Assembly: GCA_031382085.1 (NCBI GenBank)
Contig: JANMYM010000036.1
Coordinates: forward strand, 23,340 to 87,339
Origin: Gammaproteobacteria bacterium
GTDB taxonomy: Bacteria; Pseudomonadota; Gammaproteobacteria; Steroidobacterales; Steroidobacteraceae
Reading direction: 5' to 3'
DNA length: 64,000 nt
The position numbers were made by a program, and so were the translations under genes. A model generated the notes under the pieces. The model worked only from the letters and a program-made list of their open reading frames with translations. It made no database searches and was not told the DNA's origin. Below, piece by piece: positions 9,927-19,891 of the stretch (the first letter of the stretch is position 1; each line of letters opens with the position of its first letter).

Positions 9927-11293
9927 GACTCCGCCGCAATCTTAGCGGCCAGCGCGGCGCGGATTTCAGCGTGACGTTTGCCGTCAATCGGATAACGCCA
10001 CATCAGCGCGATCGGGACCAGCAACATGAGCGCGGGCAACCAGGCGCCGGCCACTCGCACGCTCTGCTCGAGGCCCGGATCCAGAACCTGCGTCATGCTG
10101 ACGTAGCCAAAATAGCCGAGCACGCCCAGGCCCACAAACGCGCCCATGCCCATCCCGAACTTGAACACAAACGCCAGAAATGCCATATGGCCGCCCGCCT
10201 GCTCAACACCGGACAACAGTCGGTCGTTATCGATGGCATCGGCCGTCATCGCGGGTGGCAGCACCATCGTGCCGCCGTTGCCAAGACCCATCAGCGCCAC
10301 GACCGCTAACACCACGGCGAGATTGCCATGCGGCACAAAGAACAGCGCGGCATAGGACACCGCCGTCACGATATTGGCGTAGCAGTAGGCGCGGTGCTTG
10401 CCGACGCGGCGCGCGGCGACAACCCAGAGCGGGGCGAACGCCGCGGATGCCACGGTAATCGACAACGCAATCCATAACAGGCTCGCGCCAAGCCCATAGG
10501 TCTGGACGATCAGCGCGGGCTGCACGGCGAAATAGGTACCCATCGCAAGGCGGTCGATCACATAAGCCGACAATAAACGCGCAAACGGCTTGTTGCGTTT
10601 CAGAATGCCGAACAGCTCACCCCAGCCGGGTGTCGATTCGCTTGCGTTGCGTTGCACCGGCGGCACCAATGCAAGGCACCACACCATGGCTAACGGCAAT
10701 GCGCAAACGAAAAACACGCCGACGGCCTGGACAATCTGCGCAAAACTGGGTTGCCCGATACCACGGAAAAACCCCCAGTAAACGAGCGGCGCCAGCGTTG
10801 CCGCCAGATAGCCGACAAACGCGCCGGTCTCGCGGAATCCGGCGATGCGGGTACGCTCGTCGTAGCCCTGGGCGAGTTCACTGCCCCAGGTCTGGTGCGG
10901 CACATACACCATGGTCCAGCCAAGGTAAAAAATGATCAGCCAGGCTAACAAATAATACGCACTGGCGCCGCCCGGCGGATTCACCAGGAAAAAAGTCGCA
11001 ATCAGCGCCACCGGTGCGCCGGCCAGCATCCAGATTCTGCGGCGCCCGAAGCGGTGTTTGGTGCGATCGGACCAGGCGCCGATCAACGGATCAGACACGG
11101 CCTCCCAGATCCGCGCCAGGCCAAACATCAGGCCGACGAGCGCCGCCGCAAGACCAACGCGGGCATCGTAATAGACCGGCGGCAGGAAGTTATACATCGG
11201 CACCAGCATCGCCTGCAGCGCCACGGTGGGCGCCGCGTATGCTAACAAACGCGGCCATGCCAGGTGCTCATCCGGTTTGCTGTTGATAGTCAC
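9923..11293 (-). CDS. MFS transporter, glycoside-pentoside-hexuronide (GPH):cation symporter-like
   Basis: A 456-aa, 12-TM protein with motif DPLIGAWSDRTKHRFGRRR, typical of MelB/GPH-type carriers. Confidence 0.75.
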   Translation of the reverse strand: MTINSKPDEHLAWPRLLAYAAPTVALQAMLVPMYNFLPPVYYDARVGLAAALVGLMFGLARIWEAVSDPLIGAWSDRTKHRFGRRRIWMLAGAPVALIATFFLVNPPGGASAYYLLAWLIIFYLGWTMVYVPHQTWGSELAQGYDERTRIAGFRETGAFVGYLAATLAPLVYWGFFRGIGQPSFAQIVQAVGVFFVCALPLAMVWCLALVPPVQRNASESTPGWGELFGILKRNKPFARLLSAYVIDRLAMGTYFAVQPALIVQTYGLGASLLWIALSITVASAAFAPLWVVAARRVGKHRAYCYANIVTAVSYAALFFVPHGNLAVVLAVVALMGLGNGGTMVLPPAMTADAIDNDRLLSGVEQAGGHMAFLAFVFKFGMGMGAFVGLGVLGYFGYVSMTQVLDPGLEQSVRVAGAWLPALMLLVPIALMWRYPIDGKRHAEIRAALAAKIAAES

Positions 11294-11307
11294 GGGTCGG
11301 GTTTGCC

Positions 11308-12822
11308 CTAGATGACCGCGCAGACGGTCTTGGTTTCCAGGTAATTCTCAATCGCCTGCTGGCCGCTGTCTCGTCCCCAGCCGGATTGCTTCATACCACC
11401 GATCGGCAAGCTGGCATCGAACATCGAATGGCAGTTGATCCATACCGTGCCGGCCCGAATCTGCGCCGCAAGGCGGTGCGCCTTGGACAGATCGCGGGTC
11501 CAGACACTGGCCGCGAGACCATATATCGTATTGTTAGCCATAGCCGGAACGTCGGCGAGATCATCGACACGCTCCGCCACCACCACCGGGCCAAAAATCT
11601 CCTCCTGCACCACCGCCATGTCAGGCCGAGTGCCCACCAGCACTGTCGGTTCGATGAACGTGCCGGCGGGCCCGAGCTGCGCACCACCCGTGAGCACAGT
11701 CGCGCCGGCGCGCTTGCCCGATTCGATGTAGCGGGCAATCGTGTCGGCCTGCGCGCGGCTGACAACCGGGCCTAACTGGGTGGCCGGATCCAGGCCATGA
11801 CCCAGCTTCAAGGCCCGCGCCTGCGCGACCACGCCTTCGAGCACGCGGTCGAACACGGCGCGCTCGACATACAGGCGCGAGCCGGCGACGCAAACCTGGC
11901 CGGAATTGAAAAAGATGGCGTTGGCCGCACCCGGAATCGCATGCTCGAGTTCCGCGTCAGCTAACACAATGGCGGGGGACTTGCCGCCCAGTTCCAGTGT
12001 CAGTTTCTTGAGATTGCCACCTGCCGCCGCAAGAATCATGCGGCCGACTTCGGTTGAACCGGTAAACGCGATCTTGTCGACATCCGGGTGTGCCGCGAGT
12101 GCGGCGCCGGCCTCACTGCCACGACCGGTCACTACATTGAACACGCCCGGCGGAAAACCCGCCTCGCGCAACAACTCGGCGAGCCGCAGCGCCGTCAACG
12201 AGGTGTCCTCGGCCGGCTTCAGCACCATGGTGCAGCCTGCGGCGAGCGCGGGCGCCATTTTCATGGCTGTTAGCACAATAGGCGAATTCCACGGCGTAAT
12301 AGCGCCGACCACGCCGACCGGTTCCTTGCGGGTGTAGGCCAGGATCTGCTTACCGGGTGGCGCATAGCCAATTGAAGGCTGAATGGTCTGGCCTTCAATG
12401 CGAGTTGCCTGACCGGCGAAATAGCGGAACTGCTCAATGCCACCTGGAATCTCGGCGTACTTGCCGACCCACAGTGGTTTACCCTGGTCCAGCGTCTCGA
12501 GCTCTGCGAGTTCGTCGATGTTCTGCTCCATCAGGTCCGCCATGCGCCACAGCAGCCGCGCCCGTTGCGCTGGCAGCATCTCCGGCCAGGGTCCGCTACT
12601 GAAGGCCGCACGCGCGGCCCGCACCGCCACGTCAATGTCATCGGCATCGCCAGCCGCTATCTTCGCTAACACCTCGCCGGTGGCCGGGTTCACGGTCGGG
12701 AGGTAGCGGCCCGCCTGTGGCGCGCGCCACTCATTGGCAATGAAATGACTGCGCTCACCGACCGCCAGAAAGCGCCGCGCGCCGTCGGTCGCCGGAGCAA
12801 TGGGCAGGATGTCGAGGCTCAT
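11308..12822 (-). CDS. NAD(P)-dependent aldehyde dehydrogenase
   Basis: Contains LELGGKSPAIV, GQVCVAGSR and EEIFGPV motifs; 504 aa. Confidence 0.9.
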   Translation of the reverse strand: MSLDILPIAPATDGARRFLAVGERSHFIANEWRAPQAGRYLPTVNPATGEVLAKIAAGDADDIDVAVRAARAAFSSGPWPEMLPAQRARLLWRMADLMEQNIDELAELETLDQGKPLWVGKYAEIPGGIEQFRYFAGQATRIEGQTIQPSIGYAPPGKQILAYTRKEPVGVVGAITPWNSPIVLTAMKMAPALAAGCTMVLKPAEDTSLTALRLAELLREAGFPPGVFNVVTGRGSEAGAALAAHPDVDKIAFTGSTEVGRMILAAAGGNLKKLTLELGGKSPAIVLADAELEHAIPGAANAIFFNSGQVCVAGSRLYVERAVFDRVLEGVVAQARALKLGHGLDPATQLGPVVSRAQADTIARYIESGKRAGATVLTGGAQLGPAGTFIEPTVLVGTRPDMAVVQEEIFGPVVVAERVDDLADVPAMANNTIYGLAASVWTRDLSKAHRLAAQIRAGTVWINCHSMFDASLPIGGMKQSGWGRDSGQQAIENYLETKTVCAVI

Positions 12823-13751
12823 GTCCGCACGCGATTTTTCACGGCCGCGGTCGGCATATGACTCTCGTGATTCTTTAGATACCAGCTGGCGATTTCCTCG
12901 CGCGTCGCGAACCAGACACCCTTGAGTTTTTTCGCATAGCGCAGGAATTCCCGCAGCGCGCTGATGCGGTACGCCCGGCCGCTGACATGCGGATGCAGTC
13001 CGACGTTCATGATACGGCCCGATTCCGCGCCTTCGGCGTACAGGACTTTCAACTCTTCGATCAGCACATCGCGGAAATCGCGAGTCGTGAAGCCGCGGCG
13101 TGTCAGCAGCGTGAAATCGTTGATTTCATTGGTGTACGGCGTGGAAACAATGGGACCGTGGGGCGTGTGAATCAGGTAGGGCTGGTCATCGTTCATCAGG
13201 TCGCAGTAAAAGATGAGCCCGTGTTTCGCCAGGATGTCGGCGGTTTGCAGCGTGCCACGCAGGCTCGAAGACAACCAGCCGCGCGCGGGACGGCCGATTG
13301 CCTGCTGGTACACTTTCAGCGTCCGCTCGATGACGTCGCGTTCGCGCTCAGGGTCGCCTGCAAAGTCTGTTAGCAGTTCGCCCTGCTCGTAGTTGTGCGC
13401 GACGATTTCGCAGCCGCGGCTCAACGCCGCATCGAGCATCGGCCGGCGGCGCAGTGCCGTCTCGGCGTTGATGGTGCACGAGGGTTTGACTTTCATCTCA
13501 TCGAACAGCTTGAAGAGCCGGAAGCAGCCCACGCGTTGACCATATTCCCGCCAGGTGAAATTCGGGAAGTCCGGCGTGTTGCCCGGCAACACATCCGGCA
13601 GGATCGGCGGCCCACCGGCGTAGTACGGCTGGTCGGTGTCCTTCAGCAGCTGCCAGGTCTCCAGATTCAGGGTAAGTATCAGGGCCACGCGCTTGCCCCT
13701 GGGCCACCGTAGCGGCAGACGATCGGTTATCGCGGAATAGTCGTAATGCAT
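12819..13751 (-). CDS. polysaccharide deacetylase family protein (PuuE-like)
   Basis: MHYDYSAITDRLPLRWPRGKRVA...NVGLHPHVSGRAYRISALREFLRY. The start may instead be 13799. Confidence 0.7.
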   Translation of the reverse strand: MHYDYSAITDRLPLRWPRGKRVALILTLNLETWQLLKDTDQPYYAGGPPILPDVLPGNTPDFPNFTWREYGQRVGCFRLFKLFDEMKVKPSCTINAETALRRRPMLDAALSRGCEIVAHNYEQGELLTDFAGDPERERDVIERTLKVYQQAIGRPARGWLSSSLRGTLQTADILAKHGLIFYCDLMNDDQPYLIHTPHGPIVSTPYTNEINDFTLLTRRGFTTRDFRDVLIEELKVLYAEGAESGRIMNVGLHPHVSGRAYRISALREFLRYAKKLKGVWFATREEIASWYLKNHESHMPTAAVKNRVRT

Positions 13752-13958
13752 GCGCGTCAGTGCCCCCGCTAACAAAATATCTTGCAGACACCCCAACATC
13801 GGACCGGCTGGTGTGGCGTCGATTATCGAATCTCAACCGGGCGCCCGGTTCGCGTCCAAGGTGCCGACCGTACAGTGGACATCAGCTTTTTCAGCGATTA
13901 GAATTAACCTTGGCACACCTGCCTTAACGTTTGAAAAACCACGAGAGTTCCACCACGC

Positions 13959-14783
13959 ATGGAATCCACACGCCCTATCCGCGCGCTCATTCGCGGCCTT
14001 GACGCCCTCACCGTTCTCAACCTCCGCAACGGTGCTACCGTGTCTGAAGTGGCGCAGGAAATCAAACTGCCCCGCACCACCACCTATCGCATCCTCGAGA
14101 CCCTGAGCCACGCCGGCTATGTGTATCGTGATACCACGGACGACCGCTACCGCCTAACAATCATGGTGCGTGGCCTGTCGGACGGCTTCGACGACGAGGC
14201 ATGGGTTACCCAGATTGCCCGCCCTTACATTTACGAACTTGGCAAGGAAATCGTCTGGCCGGTGGCCATTGCTTCGCTGTCGGGGACCACGATGATGGTG
14301 CGCGAGTCGACCGACCATCGTAGTCCGCTGGCTGTCGAACGCTATTCCGCCGGTTTTCGCGTGCCTATCCTCATGTCATCGGTCGGCCGCGCATATCTTG
14401 CCTTCTCGCCACAGTCGCAGCGCGACAGCCTGCTGGAAATACTGGGCCGTTCGACCAAGGAAGAAGACAAGCTGGCGCGTAACCGTGCCGAAGTAACCAA
14501 GGTACTGAATGACACCCGTCTGCAGGGCTACGCCTCGGCGGTGCGACCGCGCCGTGTATCCGACGAACTCAGCATCGGCGTACCGATCATGATCGAAGAC
14601 CGCGTCCTCGCCGCACTCAGCGTCCGCTTTTCGAGCTCGGCCGTGCCCATGAAACTTGCGGTCGAGCGCTTTCTGCCCAAGCTGCGGGACACGGCGCAGA
14701 AAATCCGCCAGTCCTTTGCTGATCAGCAGCGCGATCCACCACAAGCGCATCATCGCCCGGCGATTGCGCGCCCTGCCGTCTGA
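13959..14783 (+). CDS. IclR family transcriptional regulator
   Basis: Has HTH VSEVAQEIKLPRTTTYRILETL plus an IclR effector domain. It is divergent from the 7-gene operon. Confidence 0.85.
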   Translation: MESTRPIRALIRGLDALTVLNLRNGATVSEVAQEIKLPRTTTYRILETLSHAGYVYRDTTDDRYRLTIMVRGLSDGFDDEAWVTQIARPYIYELGKEIVWPVAIASLSGTTMMVRESTDHRSPLAVERYSAGFRVPILMSSVGRAYLAFSPQSQRDSLLEILGRSTKEEDKLARNRAEVTKVLNDTRLQGYASAVRPRRVSDELSIGVPIMIEDRVLAALSVRFSSSAVPMKLAVERFLPKLRDTAQKIRQSFADQQRDPPQAHHRPAIARPAV

Positions 14784-14820
14784 AAGCCGGGCTGTCGAGG
14801 CGTAGTTCCAGGGGGCTCCC

Positions 14821-16404
14821 ATGAATGCCGAACTGTCCGTCAATTCCGACCCGGTGGTCGAGCGCCTGGTTGTTCTGTTAGGCCGCGATGCGGTGCTGAC
14901 CGACGCCACCGATCGCCAGTTCTATTCCACCGACATCTTTCACGAAGGCCCGCCGGTGCGCGCGGTGGTCCGGCCGCGCAGCACCGCGGATGTCCAGGCC
15001 CTTGCGAAACTAGCGCTGGAACACAAAGTCGCGCTGGTACCGCGCGGCGGCGGTGCTTCGTACACCGATGGCTATGTGCCGCAGGACAAGGATTCGATTG
15101 CGGTCGACACCTCGCGCATGGACCAGATCGTCGAGATCAATGAGCGCGACATGTACGTGGTGGTGCAGCCGGGCGTCAGCTGGGCGACGCTCAACGAGGC
15201 ACTGCAGGCCAAGGGCTTGAGGACGCCATTTTTCGGGCCATTTTCCGGACTGGTAGCCACCGTGGGCGGCTCAATGTCGCAGAACAGCGTGACCTGGGGC
15301 ACGGGCGTCTTCGGTGTCTCCGGCGAAACGGCGCTGGGCGTGGAAGTCGTGTTAGGTTCCGGCGCCACCGTCCGCACCGGCAGCTGGGGCGGCGCCAATA
15401 GCGTGCCGTTCCTGCGCTCCTACGGTCCGGATCTCACCGGTCTTTTCATGGGCGACTGCGGCGCCTTCGGCATCAAGACCGCGATCTCACTGCGCCTGAT
15501 GCCACGCAACAGCCATGTCATGGGGCTGTCCTTTGGTTTCAAGGATTTTGACAGCCTGGCTGCCGGCATGGAGGCCGCCGCCCGACAGGGCCTGAACCTC
15601 TGCAATTTCGGACTGGATCCAGCCTTGCAGCAGGGACAGCTCGGCAAGGCCGATACGGCGACCGCGCTGCAATCGGCGCTGGCGGTCTTCAAGACCTCGC
15701 GCAACGTGTTCGACGGCGCCCGGCAGTTGTTCAAGATGGCAGTCGCGGGTCGTGGGTTTCTGGACGGCGCGGTCTTTTCCGCCCACTGGATTGTCGATGG
15801 CCTGGATGATGCGCATTGCCGCTCGGCCGTCGCACGCTTGCGCAAAGTGTTGCAGCCGCACGGCGCGGAAGTCGCGCCAACCGTCCCCACGGTTGCCAAT
15901 GCCATGCCCTTCATGCCGCTCTACAACGTCCGCAGCCCGCTGGGTGAGCGCTGGGTACCGGTGCACGGGATTCTGCCGTTCTCACGCGTCAAGGCGTTTC
16001 GCGCCGAGCTGACCGCGTACTACCAGGCCAACGAGGAGCGCCTGAAGGCCAACAAGATCCGTTATGGCGGCATGTTCATGACGGTGAGTACCAACGCTTT
16101 CCTCTATGAGCCGGTGTTTTATTGGCACGATTCGCTGAACATCACGCAAGAGCGTCTGCTGCCGGACGGCTATGCAGCGACGCTGCCTAAATTCGAGGAA
16201 AACCTGCCCGGCCGGCGCATCGTTGAAGAAATGAAACGCGGCATCGCCGATATTTTCCAAAAGCACGGCGCGAGCCACTTGCAAATTGGCAAGTTCTACC
16301 CTTACATGCGGGGCCGCGATCCGGAGACGGCGAGCTTGATTCGGCACCTGAAGGCATTGCTGGACCCGGCGGGGCGCATGAATCCCGGCTCTCTGGGCCT
16401 GTAA
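14821..16404 (+). CDS. FAD-binding oxidoreductase (PCMH/FAD-linked oxidase, GlcD-like)
   Basis: VVRPRSTADVQALAKLALEHKVALVPRGGGASYTDG is a FAD_binding_4 signature. Confidence 0.8.
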   Translation: MNAELSVNSDPVVERLVVLLGRDAVLTDATDRQFYSTDIFHEGPPVRAVVRPRSTADVQALAKLALEHKVALVPRGGGASYTDGYVPQDKDSIAVDTSRMDQIVEINERDMYVVVQPGVSWATLNEALQAKGLRTPFFGPFSGLVATVGGSMSQNSVTWGTGVFGVSGETALGVEVVLGSGATVRTGSWGGANSVPFLRSYGPDLTGLFMGDCGAFGIKTAISLRLMPRNSHVMGLSFGFKDFDSLAAGMEAAARQGLNLCNFGLDPALQQGQLGKADTATALQSALAVFKTSRNVFDGARQLFKMAVAGRGFLDGAVFSAHWIVDGLDDAHCRSAVARLRKVLQPHGAEVAPTVPTVANAMPFMPLYNVRSPLGERWVPVHGILPFSRVKAFRAELTAYYQANEERLKANKIRYGGMFMTVSTNAFLYEPVFYWHDSLNITQERLLPDGYAATLPKFEENLPGRRIVEEMKRGIADIFQKHGASHLQIGKFYPYMRGRDPETASLIRHLKALLDPAGRMNPGSLGL

Positions 16405-16412
16405 AAAACGTT

Positions 16413-16441
16413 TTGGATCAATAAGTAAGGCAGAGTATTTA
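16413..16441 (+). promoter_or_regulatory. candidate sigma70 promoter of etfBA
   Basis: TTGGAT, a 17-nt spacer, then TATTTA, inside the only AT-rich spacer here (16405-16475). GGAG follows before ATG 16476. Confidence 0.4.
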
Positions 16442-16475
16442 ATAACTCACTTCACGGTGAGCAACGGAGTCATGG

Positions 16476-17228
16476 ATGAAGCGAATTCTGGTCGGCATTA
16501 AGCGGGTCGTCGATTACAACGTCCGCGTACGCGTCAAATCCGATGGCACCGGCGTCATGACTGACGGCGTCAAGATGAGTATCAATCCGTTTGACGAGAT
16601 TGCGCTCGAAGAGGCGCTGCGCATCAAGGAAAAAGGTGGCGCCGACGAAGTGGTCGTTCTGAGCATCGGCAGCGCCGATTGCCAGCAGCAGTTGCGCACT
16701 GCCCTCGCCATGGGCGCTGACCGCGCCCTGCACGTGCTGACGGATGCGACCCTTGAGCCGCTGGTCGTTGCCAGGATTTTCACCAAGCTGCTGGAGCGCG
16801 AACAGGCGTTCCTGTGCATCGTCGGCAAGCAGGCCATCGATGATGACTGCAACCAGGTCGGCCAGATGATCGCCGCCCTTTGGGATCGCCCGCAGGCGAT
16901 GTTCGCGTCCAAGGTCGAAATCAATGGCGACAAGGCAACCGTGACCCGCGAAATTGACGCGGGCCTCGAAGTGCTGGAAATCGACTTGCCGGCCGTGATC
17001 TCCTCGGATCTGCGCCTTAATGAGCCGCGCTACGTGAAGCTGCCAGACATCATGAAGGCCAAGAAGAAACCATTGGAAGCCATCGATCCTGCTGCACTGG
17101 GCGTGGAACTCAAGGTCACGGGCAGGATCACCCGGTTTGAGGCGCCACCGCAACGGAGCAAGGGCGTGATGGTCAAGTCCGCACAGGAGTTGATTGACGC
17201 GCTGAAGGCCAGGGGAGTGCTGGCATGA
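16476..17228 (+). CDS. etfB: electron transfer flavoprotein beta subunit
   Basis: MKRILVGIKRVVDYNVRVRVKSDGTGV...NPFDEIALEEALRIKE is canonical EtfB. Confidence 0.9.
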   Translation: MKRILVGIKRVVDYNVRVRVKSDGTGVMTDGVKMSINPFDEIALEEALRIKEKGGADEVVVLSIGSADCQQQLRTALAMGADRALHVLTDATLEPLVVARIFTKLLEREQAFLCIVGKQAIDDDCNQVGQMIAALWDRPQAMFASKVEINGDKATVTREIDAGLEVLEIDLPAVISSDLRLNEPRYVKLPDIMKAKKKPLEAIDPAALGVELKVTGRITRFEAPPQRSKGVMVKSAQELIDALKARGVLA

Positions 17229-18166
17229 GCAAGATCCTGATTATCGCCGAGCACAACGGCACCACCCTGCACCCTAACACCGCGAAATGCGTCGCCTGCG
17301 CCACGGGTATCGCCGGCGCTGAGATTCATGTCGGCGTCTTTGCAGCCAACGGCGCCGCCATCGCCGCGCAGGCCGCAAGACTAGCCGGCGTCGCCAAGGT
17401 GCGCGTCGTCAATAATCCGGCCAACGCGCATGCACTGGCCGCGGTGTTAGCGCCGCAAGTCGTGGCGCTGGCAGCGGGCTACAGCCACGTATTCGGCGCG
17501 TCCTCGACTTTCGGCAAGGACCTGACCCCGCGAGTTGCCGCGCTGTTAGGTGTCGGGCAGCTGTCGGATATCATGGTGGCAATCAATGCGACCACGTTCC
17601 GCCGGCCGATTTACGCCGGCAATGCCATTGTCACCGTCGAAGTGCCTGCCAATGAGATCATGGTCGCCACCGTGCGCACCGCTTCCTTCCAGCCGGTTGC
17701 CGAAAGTGGCAATGGCGCGCTGGAGAATGTCACGCTGGACGCAAGAATTCCGACGCACACCAGATTCATTTCGGTGTCGGCGGCCAAAGCCGGTCGCCCG
17801 GATCTGGCGACCGCGGCCCGCGTCGTCTCGGGCGGCCGCGCGCTGGGCAGCGCCGAAAATTTCAACATTCTTTTCAAGCTGGCCGACAAGCTGAGCGCAG
17901 GCGTCGGCGCATCGCGCGCCGCCGTTGATGCGGGCTATGCGGCTAACGACATGCAGGTCGGCCAGACCGGCAAGATCATCGCTCCCGAGCTGTACATGGC
18001 CTTCGGCATTTCCGGCGCCATCCAGCACCTGACCGGGATCAAGGACGCGCGCACGATTGTCGCGGTCAACAAGGACAGCGAGGCGCCGATCTTTGAAATT
18101 GCGGACATCGGATTGGTGGGCGACCTGTTCCAGATTGTGCCTGAGCTCGAGAAGCTGCTGGGTTGA
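17225..18166 (+). CDS. etfA: electron transfer flavoprotein alpha subunit
   Basis: The C-terminus matches the EtfA FAD domain: [40 protein letters not shown]. There is a 4-nt overlap with etfB. Confidence 0.9.
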   Translation: MSKILIIAEHNGTTLHPNTAKCVACATGIAGAEIHVGVFAANGAAIAAQAARLAGVAKVRVVNNPANAHALAAVLAPQVVALAAGYSHVFGASSTFGKDLTPRVAALLGVGQLSDIMVAINATTFRRPIYAGNAIVTVEVPANEIMVATVRTASFQPVAESGNGALENVTLDARIPTHTRFISVSAAKAGRPDLATAARVVSGGRALGSAENFNILFKLADKLSAGVGASRAAVDAGYAANDMQVGQTGKIIAPELYMAFGISGAIQHLTGIKDARTIVAVNKDSEAPIFEIADIGLVGDLFQIVPELEKLLG

Positions 18167-18237
18167 TGGCTGACTAGCGAAGAAGTCGGGAAGCGATCGA
18201 GCGTGCCGGCCTTGCATTCAAGGGCGAAGGCACGAAA

Positions 18238-19431
18238 GTGGGCCCTATCAACACGCGATCAACCAAACGTTCTTTCATTCTGCTGATGGGCCTGATCGCC
18301 GGCCTGTCGGCGTTCGGCATGGCGAGCGTAGTCCCGAGCCTGCCGGCATTGGCGCGCGCATTCGGCCGGCCGCTGGGCGATGTGCAGTTCGTCGTTTCAA
18401 TCTACCTGCTGGGCCTCGGCATATTCCAGCCGTTCCAGGGCATGCTCAGCGACCGGTTTGGGCGGCGGCCGGTATTGCTTGCGGGTTTCGCGACCTTTTT
18501 GTTAGGCAGCATCGGCGCGGCGCTGGCGCCAAGCCTTCTGGTCCTGGTGCTATGCCGCCTGCTGCAGGCCGCCGGTGTCAGTGTCGCCACGGTGATAACG
18601 CGCGCCATCATTCGTGACACTTACGAGCCCCATGAAGCGGCAATCACCATGGCGTTCACGTCGGCCGTCATGGGTCTCGCGCCCATCATGGCGCCGCTGC
18701 TGGGCGGCGTGGTCATCGAATATTTCGACTGGCATGGCCTGTTCGTACTGCACGCACTGATTGCCCTCGGCCTCTGGATCTGGATTGCCGTGGCTTTGCG
18801 CGAATCGCGCCCCGCAGATACGCCGGTCAGTAACTTGCGCGATTTCCTGCGTAACGCGCGTCTGTTGTGGGGCGATGCCCGGTTCGTCGGCCACAGCATG
18901 ACGTACGCTTTCATGAGTGCCGCTTCCTTCGTGTTCGTCACCGTCGGCGCAACGCTTTTTAACCGCCTGTTCGGTATTCCGCCAGCGCGATTTGGCGTTA
19001 TCTGGGCGATGCTGGCGTTCGCCTACATGGTGGGCTCCTACCTCGCCGCGCGGCTGGTGCGGCGCTGGGGCAGCGCGCCGACCTTGTTAGCTGGTGTGCG
19101 GCTTAACCTGGCCAGCGGCCTGCTGTTCCTCGCGGTGGCTGGCTGGCGCGATGCGCCACTGGCCGCCTATTGCGTCGTGCTCGCCGGCAACACGCTGTCT
19201 TTCGGCATGGCCTCGCCGTTGTCGCTGGCGGGCGCGGTCGCGGACCGGCCTGAGATCGCCGGCGTGGCGTCGGGACTGTCGAGCTCGACCGCCATGCTGG
19301 TGGCGACAGTGTTTGCGTTCCTGTCCGGCAACTTGTTCGACGGCACCGCTCTCAGCGTGGCCTGGCTGATGCCTGTGACTTGTGTCGGCGCCTATATTGC
19401 CGTAAACAGGGCACTCAAATCCCATGCCTAA
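18238..19431 (+). CDS. MFS transporter (Bcr/CflA drug-resistance subfamily)
   Basis: Contains motif [14 protein letters not shown] and 12 TM helices. Confidence 0.8.
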   Translation: MGPINTRSTKRSFILLMGLIAGLSAFGMASVVPSLPALARAFGRPLGDVQFVVSIYLLGLGIFQPFQGMLSDRFGRRPVLLAGFATFLLGSIGAALAPSLLVLVLCRLLQAAGVSVATVITRAIIRDTYEPHEAAITMAFTSAVMGLAPIMAPLLGGVVIEYFDWHGLFVLHALIALGLWIWIAVALRESRPADTPVSNLRDFLRNARLLWGDARFVGHSMTYAFMSAASFVFVTVGATLFNRLFGIPPARFGVIWAMLAFAYMVGSYLAARLVRRWGSAPTLLAGVRLNLASGLLFLAVAGWRDAPLAAYCVVLAGNTLSFGMASPLSLAGAVADRPEIAGVASGLSSSTAMLVATVFAFLSGNLFDGTALSVAWLMPVTCVGAYIAVNRALKSHA

Positions 19432-19891
19432 CGTTCAGGATCAAGCCGCGATTGAAAGCGCCGTTCGGGCGCTGGAACAGTACTGGGCGGCACTCGACTT
19501 CAAGGCGATCCGCGCGCTGTGGGACGATTCCGCGCCGCCGCTCTACCTGGCCGAGGAAACCATGGGACCTGCCCGCAGCTGGGACGAGCTGGAAAAGTAC
19601 TGGGGCGCGACCGGGAAACTCGCCAAACGCAACCAGGTCAGGATCACCAATATTCGTTATCACGACCTCACTAGCGACGTCATTTCCACTTTCTATGACA
19701 TGCACTGGGACATCGAACTCGACGACGGCAAGACGATCGGCGGTGATAATCGCGTGTGCGTCAGCTTCAAGCGCACAGCCGCCGGCTGGCGCATCGGGCA
19801 ATACATCGAGGCGCCGTTAGCTCCGCTGCTCTACATGCGCCAGCTCTACGAACTGAATACGTCGCACGACTTTAAGACTCCGCGCCCATGA
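19424..19891 (+). CDS. small NTF2/SnoaL-like fold protein (tentative)
   Basis: A 155-aa soluble protein that overlaps both neighbours. The fold assignment rests on composition and length only. Confidence 0.4.
   Translation: MPNVQDQAAIESAVRALEQYWAALDFKAIRALWDDSAPPLYLAEETMGPARSWDELEKYWGATGKLAKRNQVRITNIRYHDLTSDVISTFYDMHWDIELDDGKTIGGDNRVCVSFKRTAAGWRIGQYIEAPLAPLLYMRQLYELNTSHDFKTPRP

Noticed and set aside
13911-13930. TGGCAC in the IclR/operon divergent spacer, reminiscent of a sigma54 -24 element.
   Set aside because: The downstream sequence (acctgcctta) lacks TTGC/GC at the required 5-nt (GG-N10-GC) spacing.
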